The notes beneath the pieces were generated by a model. It worked only from the letters and a program-made list of their open reading frames with translations. It was not told where the DNA came from and made no database searches. Positions 8,192-17,895 of a stretch of 64,000 nt of DNA are shown one piece after another. The translations under genes were made by a program, and so were the position numbers. Numbering within the stretch: the stretch's first letter is position 1; every line of letters starts with the position of its first letter. This stretch comes from Turneriella sp. (GTDB lineage Bacteria > Spirochaetota > Leptospiria > Turneriellales > Turneriellaceae), in contig CBDIID010000003.1 of NCBI GenBank assembly GCA_965279515.1, positions 3,456,001 through 3,520,000 on the forward strand, given 5' to 3'.

Positions 8192-10453
8192 GTGCGTATC
8201 GCCTTCATCGGCGACTACGTGCCGCGCCTGTGCGGCATCGCGACATTCACGCGCGATCTCTGTGAGGCGGTGGCATCCGCAGCCCCTTCTGCGGATTGTT
8301 TTGTTGGCGCCGTCAATGACCATGCCGAGGGTTATGATTACCCGCCGCGCGTGCGTTTCGAGATCATTGAAAAAGACATTGAATCGTACCGCCGTGCCGC
8401 AGATTTCCTGAATTTTAACAACGTCGAAGTTTTATCGATTCAGCATGAATTTGGCATCTATGGCGGGCCGGCGGGCAGCCATCTTCTCGCACTTTTAAAA
8501 GAAGTGCGGATGCCCGTCGTTACGACTCTGCATACCATACTCAGGGAGCCCAATGCGCAGCAGCGTCTTGTGATGGATGAGCTCATCAGGCGCAGCGACC
8601 GTCTCGTTGTCATGGCGCACAAGGGGGCCGATTTTTTGCGCGAAATCTATGGCGTCAAAGAAAACAAGATTGACGTCGTCGCGCACGGCATTCCCGATAT
8701 CCCGTTCTCAGATTCTATTCTGTATAAACACCAGTTCGGCGTCGAGGGGCAAAAGGTGCTTTTCACTTTTGGGTTGCTGGGACCTGCGAAGGGGATTGAA
8801 TTTGTGATCCGGGCGTTGCCTGAAATTATTACCCAGCATCACGATGTGGTTTATCTCGTGCTGGGCGCGACGCACCCCAATTTGCTGGCGAGCGAGGGCG
8901 AAAGTTACCGACTGAGTCTCGAGCGCCTCGCCGAAGACTTGGGTGTGAAGCAGCATGTCATCTTCTACAACCGCTTTGTTTCGCCCGAAGATTTGCGCGA
9001 GTTTATCGGCGCGTCGGATATCTACCTTACCCCCTACCTGAACGAGGCACAGATTACCTCGGGTACGCTCGCTTACGTCTTCGGTGCCGGCAAAGCCGTC
9101 ATCTCGACGCCTTACTGGCATGCGAGCGAACTTCTCGCCGACGGCCGCGGCATGCTTGTACCGTTCCGCGACCCCGCGGCAATTGCCCGGGCGGTTTCAG
9201 AATTCCTGAATTTTCCCGCGCGCTGGGAAGAGGTTCGTAAGACAGCGTATGAAATCGGGCGAGGAATGATCTGGCCCGCTATTGCAAAAAAATATCTCGC
9301 TGTTTTCAATCATGCCCGTTCAGACCGCCTGCAAAAACCGCGGCGCGCGTTTGCAGAATGGACTCTCGAAAGCCGTTCGCAGCAATTGCCGCCGTTGAAA
9401 CTCGACCACCTCGCGCGGATGACCGACCGCACGGGGATTTTCCAGCATGCTGTATTTACAGTGCCGAATTTTTCGGAAGGATATTGCACCGACGACAATG
9501 CACGCGCCTATATTCTCTGCAATCTGCTCGATCAGCTCGGCGGTCAGCCGCCCTCCCGTAACCTCGATAAACTCGCGTCGACATATCTTGCATTCTTATG
9601 GAATTCCCTGGCTCCGGGGACGACGCGTTTCCGGAATTTTATGAGCCATAGCCGCATCTGGCTGAATGAGGCTGGCAGCGAAGACGGTCATGCGCGCGCC
9701 TTGTGGGCCGCCGGCACCGGTGTCGGCCGCTCACGCAACGAAGGCCACCGGAATCTATGCGGATTAATGTTTGCGCGCGCCTTGCCGCTCGTCGCGAAGT
9801 TCACTTCGCCGCGGGCATGGGCCTTTGCACTACTGGCCATCCATGAATATCTCAGCCGCTTCTCGGGTGACAGTGCCATGAATGCGATGCGCACGTTGCT
9901 GACACAGAAGCTGGTCCAGAGATGGAAAGATGCGTCGCGCCCTGACTGGTTATGGTTTGAATCCACCGTAACCTATGACAATGCACGCCTCTCACAGGCA
10001 TTGATTCTGAGCGGCCGCTGGATGCCCGACAAAGAAGCGCTCGAGATTGGACTCAAATCACTGTCGTGGCTGGCAGAGGTGCAAAAGGCCCCCGGCGGGC
10101 ATTTTCGCCCGATAGGCAGCAACGGTTTTTTTGAGCGCGATGGTGTGCGCTCCGTGTATGACCAGCAACCGCTCGAGGCGAATGCGATGATATCTGCCTG
10201 CTTTGAGGCCTACCGCGCGACGCAGGATGCCGCCTGGCCGGTTCTGGCGAAAAAAACCTTCGAGTGGTTTCTGGGCAGAAACGATCTCGGGATTTCACTC
10301 TATGATCCCGGCTCGGGCGGCTGCCGCGACGGCCTGCATCCCGATCGCGCGAATGAAAACCAGGGTGCGGAGTCGACGCTCGCCTTTCATCTTTCGCTCG
10401 CTGAAATGAATTTTGCCGCGCACGCCATTATCGATCAGGTCGTGCCTGTATGA
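8192..10453 (+). CDS. GT4 glycosyltransferase fused to a C-terminal alpha-helical (six-hairpin-like) domain
   Basis: PRLCGIATFT, QHEFGIYGG, SGTLAY..GKAVISTPY; C-terminal GYCTDDNARA and NQGAEST motifs. Confidence 0.88.
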   Translation: MRIAFIGDYVPRLCGIATFTRDLCEAVASAAPSADCFVGAVNDHAEGYDYPPRVRFEIIEKDIESYRRAADFLNFNNVEVLSIQHEFGIYGGPAGSHLLALLKEVRMPVVTTLHTILREPNAQQRLVMDELIRRSDRLVVMAHKGADFLREIYGVKENKIDVVAHGIPDIPFSDSILYKHQFGVEGQKVLFTFGLLGPAKGIEFVIRALPEIITQHHDVVYLVLGATHPNLLASEGESYRLSLERLAEDLGVKQHVIFYNRFVSPEDLREFIGASDIYLTPYLNEAQITSGTLAYVFGAGKAVISTPYWHASELLADGRGMLVPFRDPAAIARAVSEFLNFPARWEEVRKTAYEIGRGMIWPAIAKKYLAVFNHARSDRLQKPRRAFAEWTLESRSQQLPPLKLDHLARMTDRTGIFQHAVFTVPNFSEGYCTDDNARAYILCNLLDQLGGQPPSRNLDKLASTYLAFLWNSLAPGTTRFRNFMSHSRIWLNEAGSEDGHARALWAAGTGVGRSRNEGHRNLCGLMFARALPLVAKFTSPRAWAFALLAIHEYLSRFSGDSAMNAMRTLLTQKLVQRWKDASRPDWLWFESTVTYDNARLSQALILSGRWMPDKEALEIGLKSLSWLAEVQKAPGGHFRPIGSNGFFERDGVRSVYDQQPLEANAMISACFEAYRATQDAAWPVLAKKTFEWFLGRNDLGISLYDPGSGGCRDGLHPDRANENQGAESTLAFHLSLAEMNFAAHAIIDQVVPV

Positions 10454-11715
10454 CAGCCGTGAAGATCCGCCGGCAGATGACCTTCTTACCCGACAGCGCC
10501 CGGGTAATCATCCGTCCTTTTATTCCGGCGGAAGTCACCCAGATCTCGAATATCATCGCACGCGCGCTGGCTTTAGATGATGAAGAGACAGAAACCGAAC
10601 TCGATATTGTGCGCGCTGAATTTGATTCACGGCATTTTGATATTGAATCGTTGCTTTTGGCGCATTATGAAAAGATCAGGCAGCATATCGCGCATCCGGA
10701 ATTCCTTTCACCTTCGCGCCGGCTGCTGATAGGCGCGCTGTTCTCGGGTGAATACGCGCTCGAATCGGCAGCGCTGTTTAACCCGTCGATTGTACCGCAT
10801 CCCGACCAGAGCGGCCTGGTCGAAGGTTCGCTGCGTTATATCATGAGCCTCAGGGCTACGGGAGAAGGGCATATCTCTTCGATTGAATTCCGTACGGGTA
10901 TTATCACGAGCGAAGGCAAGGTCAGTGTCGAACCGGTTTCACCGTATGTGACAGTGCCGGAAGTTTCACTCGCGCCTGGCTGCGAATATGAGTTGCATTT
11001 TGATTCGAAGCTGGCGATGAGCGAGCGCATCATTTTTCCCGTTTCAGCCAGCGAAAGCAATGGCATTGAAGATGCGCGTTTCGTCCGTTTCAACCATGAC
11101 GACAAACGTGTGATGTATTATGCTACGTATACCGCATACAATGGCCGCGAGATCACCCCGCAATTTATCGAGACTGCGGATTTCCGGAATTTTCGCATGC
11201 TGACCCTGAAAGGGAATGCAGTCCGCAACAAGGGTATGGCACTTTTTCCACGACGCGTGAACGGCAAGTTCGCGATGGTTTCGCGCCAGGATGATGAGAA
11301 TCTCTATATTATGTTTTCCGACGATCTCTATACCTGGAATGACATGCAGCTTTTGCGGAAACCGCAGCTGGCATGGGAGCTGGTGAAGACCGGCAATTGC
11401 GGATCGCCGATTGAGACCTCTGCGGGTTGGCTTTTGATCACGCACGGTGTCGGTCCGATGCGCAAGTATTGTTTAGGCGCAATACTCCTGGATAAGCAGG
11501 ATCCCACCCAGGTCATCGGCAGTCTCAGGGAACCGCTGCTCAAACCCGAAGGCAGCGAACGTGAAGGTTATGTGCCGAACGTTGTTTATAGTTGTGGTTC
11601 GCTGATCCATGGCCGCGACCTTGTTCTCGCGTATGCCATGAGCGATATCATCTCCGTGATTGCGACCCTGAAGGTCGATGACCTCATCGCCGCGTTGACC
11701 CGGCATCGCGGCTGA
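10450..11715 (+). CDS. GH130-like glycosidase/phosphorylase
   Basis: ALFNPS, GIEDARF, NKGMALFP, GYVPNVVYSCG; ATGA overlap with the GT4 gene. Confidence 0.88.
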   Translation: MTAVKIRRQMTFLPDSARVIIRPFIPAEVTQISNIIARALALDDEETETELDIVRAEFDSRHFDIESLLLAHYEKIRQHIAHPEFLSPSRRLLIGALFSGEYALESAALFNPSIVPHPDQSGLVEGSLRYIMSLRATGEGHISSIEFRTGIITSEGKVSVEPVSPYVTVPEVSLAPGCEYELHFDSKLAMSERIIFPVSASESNGIEDARFVRFNHDDKRVMYYATYTAYNGREITPQFIETADFRNFRMLTLKGNAVRNKGMALFPRRVNGKFAMVSRQDDENLYIMFSDDLYTWNDMQLLRKPQLAWELVKTGNCGSPIETSAGWLLITHGVGPMRKYCLGAILLDKQDPTQVIGSLREPLLKPEGSEREGYVPNVVYSCGSLIHGRDLVLAYAMSDIISVIATLKVDDLIAALTRHRG

Positions 11716-11716
11716 T

Positions 11717-12847
11717 TCAGATTAAAACCAGATGTACAAACTTCAGGTAGCGCTGCTCGTGCGAGCTGTGCAGAAACGGATGGTCGGGCGCCTGGCCCGA
11801 GACGCGCAGAATCTGTCCGCGCCGGCGTGCCAGTGACATTGCCTCGCGGATGATCTCGAAAAAATCTTCAAATGAAATATGGCTCGAGCACGAGCTCAGC
11901 GACAACTGGCCGCCGGCGATGACGCGTTTTGCCGATGCAGCAAAAAGTTCGGTATACTTCGCCACCGCGCGCTCTTTCTGTTCTTCGCTGTGCCCCATCG
12001 ACGGCGGGTCGACGATGACATGATCCCATTTTTCTTCGGCACCATTGAGGTATTCAAACACGTCGACGGCTAAACCCTCGTGCTTTTCTTTGGGCAGGCC
12101 GTTTAACAGCCAGTTCTCCTCAGAGCTGCGGATCGCCCCCTCTGCGACATCAAGGCTTGCGACCCTGGTTGCACCGCCGAGCCCCGCGTAGACGGAAAAG
12201 CCGCCGGTATAGCTGAAGAGATTGAGCACCGATTTGCCGCGGCTGATCGAACGCACGTACTGCCGGTTGTCACGCTGGTCTAAAAAGAAACCGGTCTTCT
12301 GTCCCTTGTCGATGTCGACGTTGAAGGCAACGCCGTTTTCGCGGATTTCCAGCACCGGGGCGGAGGGCTCTCCCGCGAGAACTTTGAGCTCGCCCTCGGC
12401 ATTGCGCCGGCTTTTCTCGACGACGGATTTGACCCTGACGTTTTTAAAAATCCAGTCGGCAATATGTGGCTTATCCCAGAATTCCGATGGACCGCGGCCG
12501 TCGAATTGCACCACCGCTGTCGGGCCATAGATGTCACAGACGAGTCCCGGCAGAAAGTCAGCCTCACCGTTGATGAGCCGGAACGCGGTAGTGTTTTCCA
12601 GGTTGAGATTGTTGCGCAGATCGAGCGCACGTTGCAGCTGCTTATCGAAGTACGCGGCATTGGGCGGCTTTTTCTCGAGGCTCAGCATGCGCAGTGAAAG
12701 CGGGCCATGGGGATCATACATCGCCCAGCCAAGTTCATCCCCCTTGTTATCGAGCACGCAGACCATCTGCGCGGCTTCGACTTTGGGCGGCTGCGCGAGC
12801 GCTTCGCGGTAGATCCAGGGATGGCCGCGCAGAAGCACGCGGCGCAA
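11717..12847 (-). CDS. RlmI-like class I SAM-dependent rRNA methyltransferase
   Basis: GHPWIY PUA-like start, GQKTGFFLDQRDNR, VLNLFSYTGGFS, DPP motif; start codon uncertain. Confidence 0.9.
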   Translation of the reverse strand: MRRVLLRGHPWIYREALAQPPKVEAAQMVCVLDNKGDELGWAMYDPHGPLSLRMLSLEKKPPNAAYFDKQLQRALDLRNNLNLENTTAFRLINGEADFLPGLVCDIYGPTAVVQFDGRGPSEFWDKPHIADWIFKNVRVKSVVEKSRRNAEGELKVLAGEPSAPVLEIRENGVAFNVDIDKGQKTGFFLDQRDNRQYVRSISRGKSVLNLFSYTGGFSVYAGLGGATRVASLDVAEGAIRSSEENWLLNGLPKEKHEGLAVDVFEYLNGAEEKWDHVIVDPPSMGHSEEQKERAVAKYTELFAASAKRVIAGGQLSLSSCSSHISFEDFFEIIREAMSLARRRGQILRVSGQAPDHPFLHSSHEQRYLKFVHLVLI

Positions 12848-12925
12848 ATTTCGGTTGAGCTTAATCTTTAACAGAGGTTGCCAAGGCCCGGAGATTAAAC
12901 TGCTTCGTCCAGCCCAATCCTGCGC

Positions 12926-13096
12926 TTAGCGGGCTTTTTTAATGGCTTCGACCGTCGTGGCCAATACCTTCGCAATTTCGTCATCCGTGAGTTCAAAGCG
13001 ATCAAGAATTTCGACTTGTACGGCCAGGCTTGCCGTCATTTGATTGAGTACACAAAGATATGCCAACATCAACCGTACCGAACTATCTGCTTTCAT
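12926..13096 (-). CDS. small hypothetical protein (56 aa), possible helix-turn-helix at C-terminus
   Basis: LTDDEIAKVLATTVEAIKKAR resembles an HTH; AAGGA upstream of ATG 13096. Confidence 0.55.
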   Translation of the reverse strand: MKADSSVRLMLAYLCVLNQMTASLAVQVEILDRFELTDDEIAKVLATTVEAIKKAR

Positions 13097-13185
13097 GGGG
13101 AGTCCTTGAGGGAAAATTCGCCGGAGCGGCGTCGGGCAATAGTTCTCCCTCAACCGCCCCGTCAATAGATCGCCCTAAATTCGCG

Positions 13186-13656
13186 CTAGCGCGATAGAAA
13201 ATGAAACAGCGTGTCGTTCGCCCCGGTTCTGCGGCTCTGCTCGAGTTTCGCGTCCACCGAGAGCGGCCCGCCACCCACCACCGCGAGAATCACGTGGACG
13301 ATGAGGAGCATCACGACAAATTCGAGATCGGCGCCGTTACTGAAAAATCCCTCGCGCAGATGCACCAGGAGTACAGCCCCCGTCAGAATCGGAATCTGCA
13401 TAGCCGCCGCAAGACGCGTGATGAGCCCCATCATCAGCATCAATCCGCCGGCCAAATGCGCAAGGCCAATATACTGGGCGAGGCCCTGGTGTATCCCGAA
13501 GCCGATATGGTTTTGTTCCATAATCTTGATGAGCGTGTCCATGTTCGAGATAAAAAATACACCCTTCGCAAAAATCACCACCCCCGCCAGCATGCGCACG
13601 ATATCGAAAGCGTAAGGGTAACCTTTGTCAGCTCTTTCTTTCCAGTGTTTTAGCAT
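13186..13656 (-). CDS. DoxX family membrane protein
   Basis: R..G..F.KG, GL.TRLAA, GGGPLSVD pattern; GGGG SD. Confidence 0.87.
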   Translation of the reverse strand: MLKHWKERADKGYPYAFDIVRMLAGVVIFAKGVFFISNMDTLIKIMEQNHIGFGIHQGLAQYIGLAHLAGGLMLMMGLITRLAAAMQIPILTGAVLLVHLREGFFSNGADLEFVVMLLIVHVILAVVGGGPLSVDAKLEQSRRTGANDTLFHFLSR

Positions 13657-13763
13657 AGTATCCCCCTTCGACGGGAAGGTACATGGTTCAGCGGAGCGCA
13701 GCCATTAAAACAGAAGACATTGCTGTCATTTGATTCAGGCCGCGTGAAAGGTTTGCAGCCTGA

Positions 13764-14366
13764 TTATTTTGCCCATGCCAAACCTTCATCGGCATACTTG
13801 TTATCGGGAGACATCAGCTTCACACGTTCGAAATTTTGCCGCGCGGGGGATTTTTTCCCCTGTTTCAGCTGTGCCCAACCCAAGCCCATGAGTACCGTCG
13901 CGTCAGAAGGGAAGTCAGTCGCGAGATCGGCATACTGTTTTTCCGAACGCGGGAAATCCCCCGCGAGATAATATGCATAGGCGAGCTTGATGCGCGCCGT
14001 GTAGTTCTTGGGATCGCTGCGCAGCACTGCCTGCGCGGCGAGTGCTGCTTCATTATATTTACCCAGCGCGATGAGCGGTAAGAGCTTGCCTAACCGCGGC
14101 TCGAGCGATTCTGGTTTGAGAAGCAGCGCGTTCTGGTAGAGCTCGAGCGAGCGTGTGAAATGCCCCGCGAGGTAGGCGAGGTAGCCGGCGCGCAACTGGT
14201 AAAAATATTCTTTGGGATTTTCGGCAATGAGTTTTTCACCCGCGGCAAATGCCTCATTATATTTGCCATAATATTCGAGTGTGTATGTACTCTGCAGCAC
14301 TGAGGGGTCTATCCCCCTGATGGCGGCAGGCGCGAGTGCGAAGATCATTGTCAGAATTTTTTTCAA
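13764..14366 (-). CDS. exported tetratricopeptide repeat protein
   Basis: Multiple TPR helices; probable TTG start at 14366 overlaps the upstream TGA, with GGGAG SD; signal-like N-terminus. Confidence 0.8.
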   Translation of the reverse strand: MKKILTMIFALAPAAIRGIDPSVLQSTYTLEYYGKYNEAFAAGEKLIAENPKEYFYQLRAGYLAYLAGHFTRSLELYQNALLLKPESLEPRLGKLLPLIALGKYNEAALAAQAVLRSDPKNYTARIKLAYAYYLAGDFPRSEKQYADLATDFPSDATVLMGLGWAQLKQGKKSPARQNFERVKLMSPDNKYADEGLAWAK

Positions 14367-15718
14367 AATAAACTCCCTGTTGCTGCGAATGAGATTGTAC
14401 CCGATGTCGGTGTGTCGCCGTTTAAAGCCTTCCATTGGCCATAGGTGTAAGCACCCGAAATTTCAAAATAAGGGGATGGCTTCCAGGCGAGACGGCCATA
14501 ACCCTGCACGGTCATCTCATCGAGGCTGTAGGTGAGAATGGCGCCGTTGTCGAAGAGCGGCGTGTAGAGGCTGCCGTAGAGCCCGCCTGCGGACAGGCAT
14601 AGCGTGCCGAGACAATAATGCAGTGCGGCGCCACCAGCCGCGTAGAAATTCGTCACCTGCGAGAAACGGATAGCCTGCACGGTGCCCGAAATTCCCAGCG
14701 AGAGGGATTTCGTCAGCGGAAACATATATTGCGGTGTCAGCGCCGCTCCTTTGTGACTCGAGAAGATCAGCACATCGCCGCCGATCGTGAACCGCGAGGT
14801 AATGTGGTTTTTATACGCGGCGCTGAGTGTCACCGCGTTGTTGAGGAGAGAATAATTCGAAGACAGATAGTGACCCGTGAAAGAGATCTGTGAGAGATCA
14901 GAGAATAAAACTGCCGATGAGAGTTTTGCTTCGCGCGTCTCATAACCCGTCGTCGACGCCGGGTTGCCGATATTGCTCTGTGCATAACCTGCACCGACGC
15001 TCAGGCCCGAATTGAAATTCCAGAGGCCGAATACGCCAGCGTCATAACCCGACGATTTCATGCGCGATCCGGAGAATGCAATATTCTGGTAATAAGGTAT
15101 CAGCTGGCCCGCGGGCGCATAACTCAGCGAACGCGCGCCGTACTGGTGCATGAGATCGGCATAGATATTTTCGGCGCTCGATGAATCACCGTTCTCTTTA
15201 TAAGCGCTCGCCATGCGCAGCTTTACCGGGTAGTTTTGCGGGTCGATGGCCAGTGCGGCGCGGCCCCATTGGATGCTCTCGCCGTATTTTTCGGCGCCTA
15301 AGAGCGCCCACTGCGCGCCGGCTTTAGAATCGAGGTTCTGCGAAATCGCGTCAGCTTTGAGATAATCTTCAGCCGCCGCGGCATATTCGCCGAGCATCAG
15401 GTTGCAATACGCTTTGTTGTTGAGCGCGGTGATGTACTGCGGTTCGGTTTCGAGGAGTTTTTGCCAGATATTGAGGGCCGCAAGATAGTTGCCGGATTGC
15501 ATTTCGGCGACAGCAGTGCTGACGGCGGTGGTGGCGGTGTTTGCGTGAAGAGTTTGAACCCAAAAAAATAAGAATAACGTGATTACTATCGCCCCACCCC
15601 GGCCTACGGCCACCCCTCCCCAATTCCAAGCTCCCTTCCCCCAGACTTGGGGAAGGCGCTTGCGGCAGGCGCAAGCCTGCGGGGGAAGGGGGCGTCCTAC
15701 CCCGCCGAAAGCACCCAT
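14363..15718 (-). CDS. exported TPR protein with C-terminal beta-barrel-like region
   Basis: Hydrophobic signal core IVITLFLFFWVQTLHA, N-terminal TPRs, C-terminal amphipathic beta strands ending in F; N-terminus reads through a GC-rich repeat; start uncertain. Confidence 0.75.
   Translation of the reverse strand: MGAFGGVGRPLPPQACACRKRLPQVWGKGAWNWGGVAVGRGGAIVITLFLFFWVQTLHANTATTAVSTAVAEMQSGNYLAALNIWQKLLETEPQYITALNNKAYCNLMLGEYAAAAEDYLKADAISQNLDSKAGAQWALLGAEKYGESIQWGRAALAIDPQNYPVKLRMASAYKENGDSSSAENIYADLMHQYGARSLSYAPAGQLIPYYQNIAFSGSRMKSSGYDAGVFGLWNFNSGLSVGAGYAQSNIGNPASTTGYETREAKLSSAVLFSDLSQISFTGHYLSSNYSLLNNAVTLSAAYKNHITSRFTIGGDVLIFSSHKGAALTPQYMFPLTKSLSLGISGTVQAIRFSQVTNFYAAGGAALHYCLGTLCLSAGGLYGSLYTPLFDNGAILTYSLDEMTVQGYGRLAWKPSPYFEISGAYTYGQWKALNGDTPTSGTISFAATGSLF
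15592..15705. repeat. GC-rich REP-like palindromic element A
   Basis: CCCCACCCCGGCCTACGGCCACCCCTCCCCA followed by nested hairpins; 31 nt identical (inverted) to 17836-17866. Confidence 0.8.
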
Positions 15719-17889
15719 TTGGCTCCATCCCTTTGCGCCGTTATTTTTCCAGGAAAGCTGCCCGAAAGCTCGGCCGAGGTTGTAAGTACCAAGCGTGCGC
15801 CGTTCGTAACAGTCGAAACGATCGGCGCGGTTGCATGCGATTGTGGGACCGCATTCCAGCTGAGCGAGACGCGATCGGTGAAGGGCAGCAAAATATCTTT
15901 CAGGATGCGGAACGGCAGCGCGGTGAAATATTTGTAAGAGATGCGCTCGCCATAGGCGAATTTTGCTGCCGAGAACGGGACCCGGTAGTAGGCGTTAAAA
16001 AGTAAAAAGAGCGCGCTGTGGCGGCTGCCGGTGTAGTCGAGCGCGGCGAACCAGTCGTTCGACGACGAGTACAAAAGCCGGTCGCCGCTTTGGTTTTCAA
16101 TGAAACGCGTGCCGAGAAAATCGATTTTGACTTCCCATTCTTCGCTCACCGTTTTGAAGTCGGGTGTCTCCAGGTTCACACGCATGACCTGCCCTGGCGC
16201 GAGCGTGAAGAAGGTCTTGAGGTTGAAGTCAGGTGAGAGATTCGCGACGACTTCGTCTTCAGCTGGTATGCCATTGAAGTGGATTTTCGAAACGCCGTTA
16301 TGCAGCACATACTGTGTGAGCGGCACCGGCACCGTGGCGCTGCCGATTTCAGGCGTCGCCTGAAAGTGCAGGTGCAGGTGGGGTTCGGCCGAGCGGCCCG
16401 AGTTGCCGGCGAGACCGAGTTTCGTGCCCGCGATGACATAGTCGCCTTCTTTGACCAGAACCGAATTTTTCTTCAGATGACAGACGAGAGAGAACAGCGC
16501 GGGACCATGCTGGATTAGAACGAGATTACCCCAGTTCTCGCGCAGATTCATCTCGCCGGGTAGATTGTCGTCGAGGTGCGCCACAACCTTGCGCACGGTT
16601 CCCGCCGCGACGGCCAAAACCGGCAGACCGAAAGTGAAATAGTCTTCTAAAGAGGGCGATTGACTTTTGCGCAGCGAGCCATCCTCACTGAGTGCCATAA
16701 AATCGAGACTCGCATACCACTCACCCTGGTGCGTGTATTTGCCGTGGTAACCCTGCGAGACCTTCCATTTGCCCCAGAACGGCAGGCGGATGTCGAGACC
16801 CAATTCGCCGAAGCGGCCCTGACGCGATTTGAAGAAGTCAAGGTTGTGCTCGGGTGAACCCGGCAGAAAATCGACGGGCCGCAGGTTCTTGTTATAAAGA
16901 AGCTTGATGCAATACAAAAAGAGCAGTGTCGTCATGGCAAACGGTAGCGTGAGCACAGGCATGTTAAAACTGACGAAAAAGATCTTGATGAATGACGCAA
17001 CCGTGGCGGTGGTCAGCGTCGCAAGGATGGCCAACACAAACGCGGCCGGACCCGGCACCAAAAAGATGCCACCCAGCGCAATCGAAGTCAGAATATAGTT
17101 AAAGGCGACGAGACCACCCGTCATATCGTTCATATCGCCTTTAAGGATCAGGTGAAATAACACACCTGTGAAAAAACCCATGAGCGACAGAAGAAATCCT
17201 AATCTGCTGGAGATGAGAAGGGCGAGCATGATGACCAGCCCCGCCCACGGGCTCGACTGGAAAAAAATCGCCCCGAGCGATTTCAGGTAGTAGAGCGCGT
17301 AGCGCGGCAGTTCGGGAAAAGATGCATCGATACTGAGGACGGTTTGTTTTTCGAGCGCAGTGCCGTCGTAGTTGTAGAAGGCGAGGTAACTGATCGAGCT
17401 CACGAGCACAAAGGGAATTGAAAGCGCGGGAATATTGAAAAAATAACCGAAGATGTGGTCGAGCGCGATGTTGACGAAGATCAGTAGCACGACGGCTACG
17501 AAGAGAATAAAGAGCGCCGTTGGCGAGAAGGCGTAATAGTAGCTGAACGACAGGCCGAGCAAGAGTGCATTGAAGCCGATGAGGCCCTTGCGGATTTTAT
17601 CCTCATGCACGCCGATGACGCGCGCCAGCAGGTTGGCGACGAGGATGGCAAAGACACCGAAGACGCCGGCCTTTAAGTTAAAGAACGTGGCTGCGAGGGC
17701 GATGACGCCGATTGCCTTGCGATCGCTGAAGAGAATGTTCGAGTAGGAGCGGAGTAAGGCTTCGACGACCCCACCCCCCAACCCCCTCCCCACAAATGTG
17801 GAGAGGGGGGGCCTCAGAGCCCCTCTCCACGTCAGTGGGGAGGGGTGGCCGTAGGCCGGGGTGGGGTTAGGCGGCGCTTGGAGTGACAT
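15697..17889 (-). CDS. urea-transporter-family membrane protein fused to an M23 peptidase domain
   Basis: About 10 TM segments with GLIGFNALL, PALSIPF and PVLTLPF motifs; M23 region with H...D (HQGEWYASLD), GLPVLAVAAGTV, WGNLVLIQH, GNSGRSAEPHLH. Confidence 0.85.
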   Translation of the reverse strand: MSLQAPPNPTPAYGHPSPLTWRGALRPPLSTFVGRGLGGGVVEALLRSYSNILFSDRKAIGVIALAATFFNLKAGVFGVFAILVANLLARVIGVHEDKIRKGLIGFNALLLGLSFSYYYAFSPTALFILFVAVVLLIFVNIALDHIFGYFFNIPALSIPFVLVSSISYLAFYNYDGTALEKQTVLSIDASFPELPRYALYYLKSLGAIFFQSSPWAGLVIMLALLISSRLGFLLSLMGFFTGVLFHLILKGDMNDMTGGLVAFNYILTSIALGGIFLVPGPAAFVLAILATLTTATVASFIKIFFVSFNMPVLTLPFAMTTLLFLYCIKLLYNKNLRPVDFLPGSPEHNLDFFKSRQGRFGELGLDIRLPFWGKWKVSQGYHGKYTHQGEWYASLDFMALSEDGSLRKSQSPSLEDYFTFGLPVLAVAAGTVRKVVAHLDDNLPGEMNLRENWGNLVLIQHGPALFSLVCHLKKNSVLVKEGDYVIAGTKLGLAGNSGRSAEPHLHLHFQATPEIGSATVPVPLTQYVLHNGVSKIHFNGIPAEDEVVANLSPDFNLKTFFTLAPGQVMRVNLETPDFKTVSEEWEVKIDFLGTRFIENQSGDRLLYSSSNDWFAALDYTGSRHSALFLLFNAYYRVPFSAAKFAYGERISYKYFTALPFRILKDILLPFTDRVSLSWNAVPQSHATAPIVSTVTNGARLVLTTSAELSGSFPGKITAQRDGAKWVLSAG
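17769..17868. repeat. GC-rich REP-like palindromic element B (in-frame in transporter N-terminus)
   Basis: Two inverted CCCCTC(T/C)CCAC...GTGG(A/G)GAGGGG hairpin units; encodes PNPTPAYGHPSPLTWRGALRPPLSTFVGRGLGGGV. Confidence 0.8.
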
Positions 17890-17895
17890 GAACGC

